Made by a program: the position numbers and the translations under genes. Below the pieces are notes generated by a model. That model was not told the origin of the DNA and searched no databases. It saw only the letters and a program-made list of their open reading frames with translations. Shown here one piece after another: positions 38,615 to 42,096 of a DNA stretch of 42,096 nt (within the stretch, counting starts at the first letter, position 1; every line of letters starts with the position of its first letter). The stretch spans positions 1 through 42,096 of the forward strand of contig CAYGYF010000001.1 in assembly GCA_964354065.1 (NCBI GenBank), given 5' to 3'. The stretch is from an uncultured Dehalococcoidia bacterium (lineage in GTDB: Bacteria > Chloroflexota > Dehalococcoidia > SM23-28-2).

Positions 38615-39012
38615 GTCGCCTCCTGCGAGAGCAGCCAATCTTCAGCCTTGATGCAGGCCATCAGTTTCTCATGCCTTCGGTGCAATAGCCAGAGAGGCGT
38701 TATCATCTGGTCGTAGATCAGCATCGGGTGACACCTCCTACAAACCACGCAGAGATTCTGCTGCGAGTTGAGCCCTGCTGCCACTCCATACGCGGGAATC
38801 CTCGCTAGCCGCTTGTCGAAGATGTGATGCACATGATTGCCCCACTCGCCACAGACAAGGCACTCCCTCCCGAATGTCTCCAGGCATTGAAGGCGAGCTT
38901 TCCTCCACGATGTACGAGCATCGGGTAGCGCACCGATTGCTTCGATCACGTCCCACACGAGGTGAATACAGTCCTCCAGGGGCCACCTCTGCCGCGCCTC
39001 CCAGAGGGTCAT
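38608..39012 (-). CDS. HNH endonuclease
   Basis: ATG 39012 overlaps the upstream stop. CLVCGEWGNHVHHI ... NLCVVCRRCH is the HNH/Cys4 pattern. The gene is visibly less GC-rich than its neighbours. Confidence 0.75.
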   Translation of the reverse strand: MTLWEARQRWPLEDCIHLVWDVIEAIGALPDARTSWRKARLQCLETFGRECLVCGEWGNHVHHIFDKRLARIPAYGVAAGLNSQQNLCVVCRRCHPMLIYDQMITPLWLLHRRHEKLMACIKAEDWLLSQEATC

Positions 39013-39410
39013 CACGGATTCTGTCCTTGTAGTAGCCAATCTCTCACCACCTCAGCATGACACGGCTTCGGCGCGCACCAGCACACCAGCGTCAGGCGGC
39101 CATGGGAGGCGAGGAGAGCGCGGAGGTGGGCGAGTTCGGCCTTCACCAACCCGGTCTCCAGAGGGGCTGCATACTCCAGCCACGTCTGATAGGACTCGAT
39201 CACGTCCTCTCTGCTGAGGCGAAATGTGGCGTGGGTCCGGGAGGCCCATGGAACCTCATCGCAGGCGAGGCGGCCGATGCGGAACGGGTTCGCCAGAGGA
39301 CTACGCTTGAGGCCGCGACGCCCAACCTTGCGCCCCACGTAGACCTGCCACGGCTCCCACTCAGCCGGCGGCCCTAAGTCGCGGATGTTGGCTATGGTGA
39401 TCTCACCCAT
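39012..39410 (-). CDS. DUF4326 family protein
   Basis: YVGRKVGRRGLKRSPLANPF ... SYQTWL ... LVCWCAPKPCHAEVV matches the DUF4326 pattern. ATG 39410 has AAGGAG upstream. Confidence 0.7.
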   Translation of the reverse strand: MGEITIANIRDLGPPAEWEPWQVYVGRKVGRRGLKRSPLANPFRIGRLACDEVPWASRTHATFRLSREDVIESYQTWLEYAAPLETGLVKAELAHLRALLASHGRLTLVCWCAPKPCHAEVVRDWLLQGQNP

Positions 39411-39489
39411 CACGCTGCTCCTTGTGCGCGGCCACCATCTGGCACCGCTTCGCCATGGCGATCAGTTCCCGGCCGCTGACCTCGGGCAC
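39403..39489 (-). CDS. possible 28-aa micro-ORF
   Basis: GTG 39489 is preceded by GGAAGGAGG. VPEVSGRELIAMAKRCQMVAAHKEQRDG. It fills the only gap in this block and overlaps the next start. Confidence 0.3.
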   Translation of the reverse strand: MPEVSGRELIAMAKRCQMVAAHKEQRDG

Positions 39490-39508
39490 GAGGCCTCCTT
39501 CCGCCGCC

Positions 39509-40267
39509 TCATCGCCTCGCCCTCATCACCCGCCATATCTCGGACGGCACATCGGCCCCGGTGGGCGGGATGTGAACTACCTCGCCGCTGCCGTCCTCGT
39601 GTTCGCCGCGCTGCTTGACGAAGACCGGCACCCCGGCATCTCGGCACTGTCGCTGCACGGCCTCCAGCCAGGTCCAGGGCGCGGGCCTCCGGCCCGAGCC
39701 ACTCTCACAGCCGGCCACGAGCCAGGAGAGCTGGGGGTGCGACTTCTCGTAGAGGCCGATCGTCCAGGGATTCAGGCGCAATGGGCCGAGTGCCGGCTCA
39801 TAGGAGAGATAGCGGCACGCGGGAATCTGCAAGAGCGCCTGCCATGCCGACTCGTATGAGTCCTGGTCCCAGACCGACGCCCCGAGCCAGAGGTCGGGAA
39901 TCTTCGCCAGGTACTCAGCGCGGTTCCCGGTGGAGTCGAAGTAGCGGTGGGCGTTGCCCATCTGCTTCGTCAACAGCAGCCAGAGGTGTGGCGTGTCGAG
40001 CATGGCATCGAAGACGTCATCCCGGAACTCGTCGGAGATGGCCGGGTCGAAGAGATCGCCCATGAACGAGACGAGGATCACCTGGCGGATCGCTTCGCTG
40101 CGAGGCTCGCCGAGGCGCTTGGGCCACTCCCGCGGAGAGAAGTCGCCGCCGAAGTAGGCCGGCGCGCGTTGGCTGACGCCACGCGCCCAACACCGCGGGC
40201 ACCCGCGGGAGCAGCCGGTCGTCGGCGACCAGGTGCGCGTCGCGTACGGGATCCCTGTGGGTCCCAT
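39509..40267 (-). CDS. phage Gp37/Gp68 (DUF5131) family protein
   Basis: ATG 40267 overlaps the upstream stop. TRTWSPTTGCSRGCPRCWA and SFMGDLFD...HLWLLLTKQ match the family pattern. Confidence 0.7.
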   Translation of the reverse strand: MGPTGIPYATRTWSPTTGCSRGCPRCWARGVSQRAPAYFGGDFSPREWPKRLGEPRSEAIRQVILVSFMGDLFDPAISDEFRDDVFDAMLDTPHLWLLLTKQMGNAHRYFDSTGNRAEYLAKIPDLWLGASVWDQDSYESAWQALLQIPACRYLSYEPALGPLRLNPWTIGLYEKSHPQLSWLVAGCESGSGRRPAPWTWLEAVQRQCRDAGVPVFVKQRGEHEDGSGEVVHIPPTGADVPSEIWRVMRARR

Positions 40268-40554
40268 CAGCCCTCCCCTCCCCCCATCGCCTCGGCCTCC
40301 CGCAGTAGCCAGTCGAAAGCATCGTCGCTCAGCACGACCGGCGGCTCGCCCACTACCACGACCTCCCACTGCGCCGTCAGCACCTGCGGATCGATGATGG
40401 TCCCGGTGGGCAGAGCGGCGATCTGCTCCCGGAGGCCCTCGGGCGCGCGAGAGAGAGAAACCCAGCTCGCTCGAATGATCCCGCGGGGATCAGTCATCAG
40501 AAGGAAAACGTGGGTCTGGCCGTCGAGGTTGCGCACCTGGCCGAACTCAGGCAT
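40267..40554 (-). CDS. hypothetical protein (95 aa)
   Basis: Track ORF with coding-like composition. Confidence 0.55.
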   Translation of the reverse strand: MPEFGQVRNLDGQTHVFLLMTDPRGIIRASWVSLSRAPEGLREQIAALPTGTIIDPQVLTAQWEVVVVGEPPVVLSDDAFDWLLREAEAMGGGEG

Positions 40555-41062
40555 GGGGGGCCTCCTCGCTCTGCCCTGGCAGTTCGCTTGGCGATTGAAG
40601 GTCCTTCATCCACCAGCCCGGCCGCTCGAGGGTGCGATCATCCGGCGCCGCAGCCTCTTCTCTGTGCCCGAGGGCCAGTTCGGCTGATCTCAGTCGATGC
40701 CACCGCAGGAGCCGCTGGTACAGCCTCGGCGAGAGCATCGTCGCGGCCGGGTTTCCCTGGTGCCGCCGGTCGACGAAGAACCTCAGCCGCGCTGCCTCGG
40801 GCCGGCAACCTGGGCAGTGGTAGGGGAAACTGGCGCCGCCCACCGCCAGCAGATCCGCGTCCGTCTCCGCCGCCTTCGATCTCGGGAGCAGCACCCAACC
40901 GGTGTCCCGGCAGATCGCGCACTCATATAGGATGCTCTGCTGGCCGTCTGGCTCGGTGATGATGCGCCGTTCCGGTTTGACCCATCCCGACACCGCCCGC
41001 AGGTAGGCGGCTCGGTTATCGTTGGCCGCCTCGGTACTCTCAGGGCTCGACGTGCGCCGCAT
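40547..41062 (-). CDS. Cys4 zinc-finger protein (171 aa), replication-module position
   Basis: Internal ATG 41062 with AGAGGG upstream. Contains CAICRDTGW ... CPGC. Confidence 0.5.
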   Translation of the reverse strand: MRRTSSPESTEAANDNRAAYLRAVSGWVKPERRIITEPDGQQSILYECAICRDTGWVLLPRSKAAETDADLLAVGGASFPYHCPGCRPEAARLRFFVDRRHQGNPAATMLSPRLYQRLLRWHRLRSAELALGHREEAAAPDDRTLERPGWWMKDLQSPSELPGQSEEAPHA

Positions 41063-41945
41063 GGCTGTCCCTCTTGGCCGCGACCTCGCGCAGCAGGCTG
41101 GTGTAGGTCGACTTGAAGTGGGCGAATGACCCGCCCGGCGTAATGGGGTGCCCTCGTTCGGCCGCCTGTTCCATCTGCCCGCGCAGGCGCGCGAAGTAGC
41201 AGTCGACGGTCTCCTCGAAGTCGGCCGCGTCGTCGCCGGCGAGGACACGCTGCCGGAAGAAGCCGGCGGCCGCCGCGTCTGACCAGTTCGGCGGGTCGGC
41301 CACGGGCGCCACGAACTTCCGCACCTCTCGGTGCAGGTAGTCGACCCCGGCCTGCTTGACCGCGTTTTGCTCCGGGGTTAGCCGGTCGGCTGGAGCACGG
41401 CGTGTGCGCCTGCGGGGGGCTGGGCCTGCGCGCGCCGGCGTGTCGCTGGCGCAGGGCCGTACTCCCTTCCCTAACACATCCCCTCCACATCCAGCGCGAG
41501 GTGTCGGGGATGTGTCCGCGACTTCTCCAGGAGGTGTAGGCGACGGTTCGGCGACGACCGGTGGAGTGCAGCACCTGCAGCAGTGCGGCGGCGCTGGCAT
41601 CACTGAGGCGTGCGGGGAGTCGATGCGCTGCCAGTCGAGCCAGTCGTGGACCACGCCGTAGTGCGCGCCGTCAGCCTCGTAGAGGTGAATCAGTCGACGC
41701 CGCTCAAGAATGGCCAGCATCGCGATGATGCGCTCGACGGTCGCCTCCGGGTCGACGGACAGGATCTGGACCTTGAGCGATAGGGGGTCGGCCCGGAAGC
41801 GGCCTTTGTCGTCGATTGGCTTGCTCCGTATTCCGATCAGCAGCGTGATCGCCTTCGAGTCCTCGGCCATCACCGCCAAGGTTTTCGGGTGAGACCAGAA
41901 ACCCGGGTCCAGCGTGCGGATGCGATCCGTCCCATCGCGTGGCAT
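41040..41945 (-). CDS. replisome organizer / replication initiator-like protein (301 aa) with repeat element in its linker
   Basis: Track ORF. The N-terminal domain (LDPGFWSHPKTL...DDKGRFRADPLSL...ERIIAMLAILERRRLIHLYEADGAHYGVVHDWLDWQ) has the winged-helix phage organizer pattern. A low-complexity linker coincides with the 41444-41539 repeat. A structured C-domain follows. Confidence 0.6.
   Translation of the reverse strand: MPRDGTDRIRTLDPGFWSHPKTLAVMAEDSKAITLLIGIRSKPIDDKGRFRADPLSLKVQILSVDPEATVERIIAMLAILERRRLIHLYEADGAHYGVVHDWLDWQRIDSPHASVMPAPPHCCRCCTPPVVAEPSPTPPGEVADTSPTPRAGCGGDVLGKGVRPCASDTPARAGPAPRRRTRRAPADRLTPEQNAVKQAGVDYLHREVRKFVAPVADPPNWSDAAAAGFFRQRVLAGDDAADFEETVDCYFARLRGQMEQAAERGHPITPGGSFAHFKSTYTSLLREVAAKRDSHAAHVEP
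41444..41539. repeat. iteron-bearing repeat element, copy 2 (candidate ori inside the organizer gene)
   Basis: 41444-41495 is identical to 31243-31294. GTGTCG, GTGTCC and GTGTAG occur at 41501, 41512 and 41534, with spacings of 11 and 22 bp. The shared tail GTCGGGGA..TGTCCGCGACTTCTCC is also present. Confidence 0.8.
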
Positions 41946-41957
41946 ATCCTCTCGCCC

Positions 41958-42096
41958 TCATGCGCCAAGTTGTCGGCGGTACTTCTGCGTCAGGCGGCGG
42001 CCCAATGCCGCCTGTTTCGGCGTCAACGTCTCCTGCCTCGCCAGTGAGTGGCCGATCGCCGTGTCGTACCGATCGAAGCCGTGCCCATCCCGCGCC
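41958..42096 (-). CDS. hypothetical protein, N-terminus outside window
   Basis: Open minus-strand frame running from the window edge to TGA 41960-41958. Ends ...ARQETLTPKQAALGRRLTQKYRRQLGA. GAGAGG follows, ahead of ATG 41945. Confidence 0.45.
   Translation of the reverse strand, partial: ARDGHGFDRYDTAIGHSLARQETLTPKQAALGRRLTQKYRRQLGA

Noticed and set aside
1-42096. Looked for an integrase, attachment-site repeats, tRNA/tmRNA genes, rRNA, CRISPR arrays and transposase ends.
   Set aside because: I recognised none. Coding density leaves no room for a tRNA-sized gap except 720-1240 and 31128-31420, and neither shows a cloverleaf-like arrangement by eye. Whether this is an integrated prophage or a free phage genome cannot be decided from this window.

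Overview
The window is a GC-rich, densely packed tailed-phage or prophage genome segment, almost entirely transcribed on the minus strand. Many gene junctions show ATGA/GTGA start-stop overlaps.

Gene order, reading right to left in the direction of transcription:
- **Replication/early region (about 42.1-36.7 kb):** lambda-O-like replisome organizer with an internal iteron array, Cys4 protein, DUF5131 (Gp37/Gp68), DUF4326, HNH endonuclease, ASCH, two paralogous Cys4 mini-proteins, RuvC-like resolvase.
- **Plus-strand pair (35.8-36.7 kb):** a 61-aa protein and a stand-alone class-II glutamine amidotransferase.
- **ParB-DNA methyltransferase fusion.**
- **Packaging and head genes:** small and large terminase, a 293-bp gap carrying a second copy of the iteron element, portal, a MuF-like protein with a C-terminal R-S-ExE ADP-ribosyltransferase domain, and a 1067-aa polyprotein (gp21-like protease, scaffold-like linker, major capsid protein).
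- **Glycosylation island inside the structural operon:** a GT-B+GT-A fusion, two SAM methyltransferases and a GT4. A GT9 heptosyltransferase-like gene sits separately, next to the tail-tube gene.
- **Connector and tail genes:** tail tube, G/GT chaperones with a G5 slip site, tape measure.
- **Plus-strand lipocalin-like moron.**
- **Receptor-binding and hub proteins,** then a secreted protein.
- **Lysis cassette:** M15 endolysin plus membrane proteins.
- **Left end:** a terminator, a consensus-like promoter with operator-like repeats driving a small HTH regulator, a small membrane protein, and a partial gene with an 11-aa tandem repeat.

My strongest candidate for something new is the multi-enzyme glycosyl/methyl-transferase set embedded among the virion genes, which may decorate virion proteins with glycans.

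All functional calls rest on motifs I recognised by eye. No searches were run. I found no rRNA, tRNA, CRISPR array or integrase.
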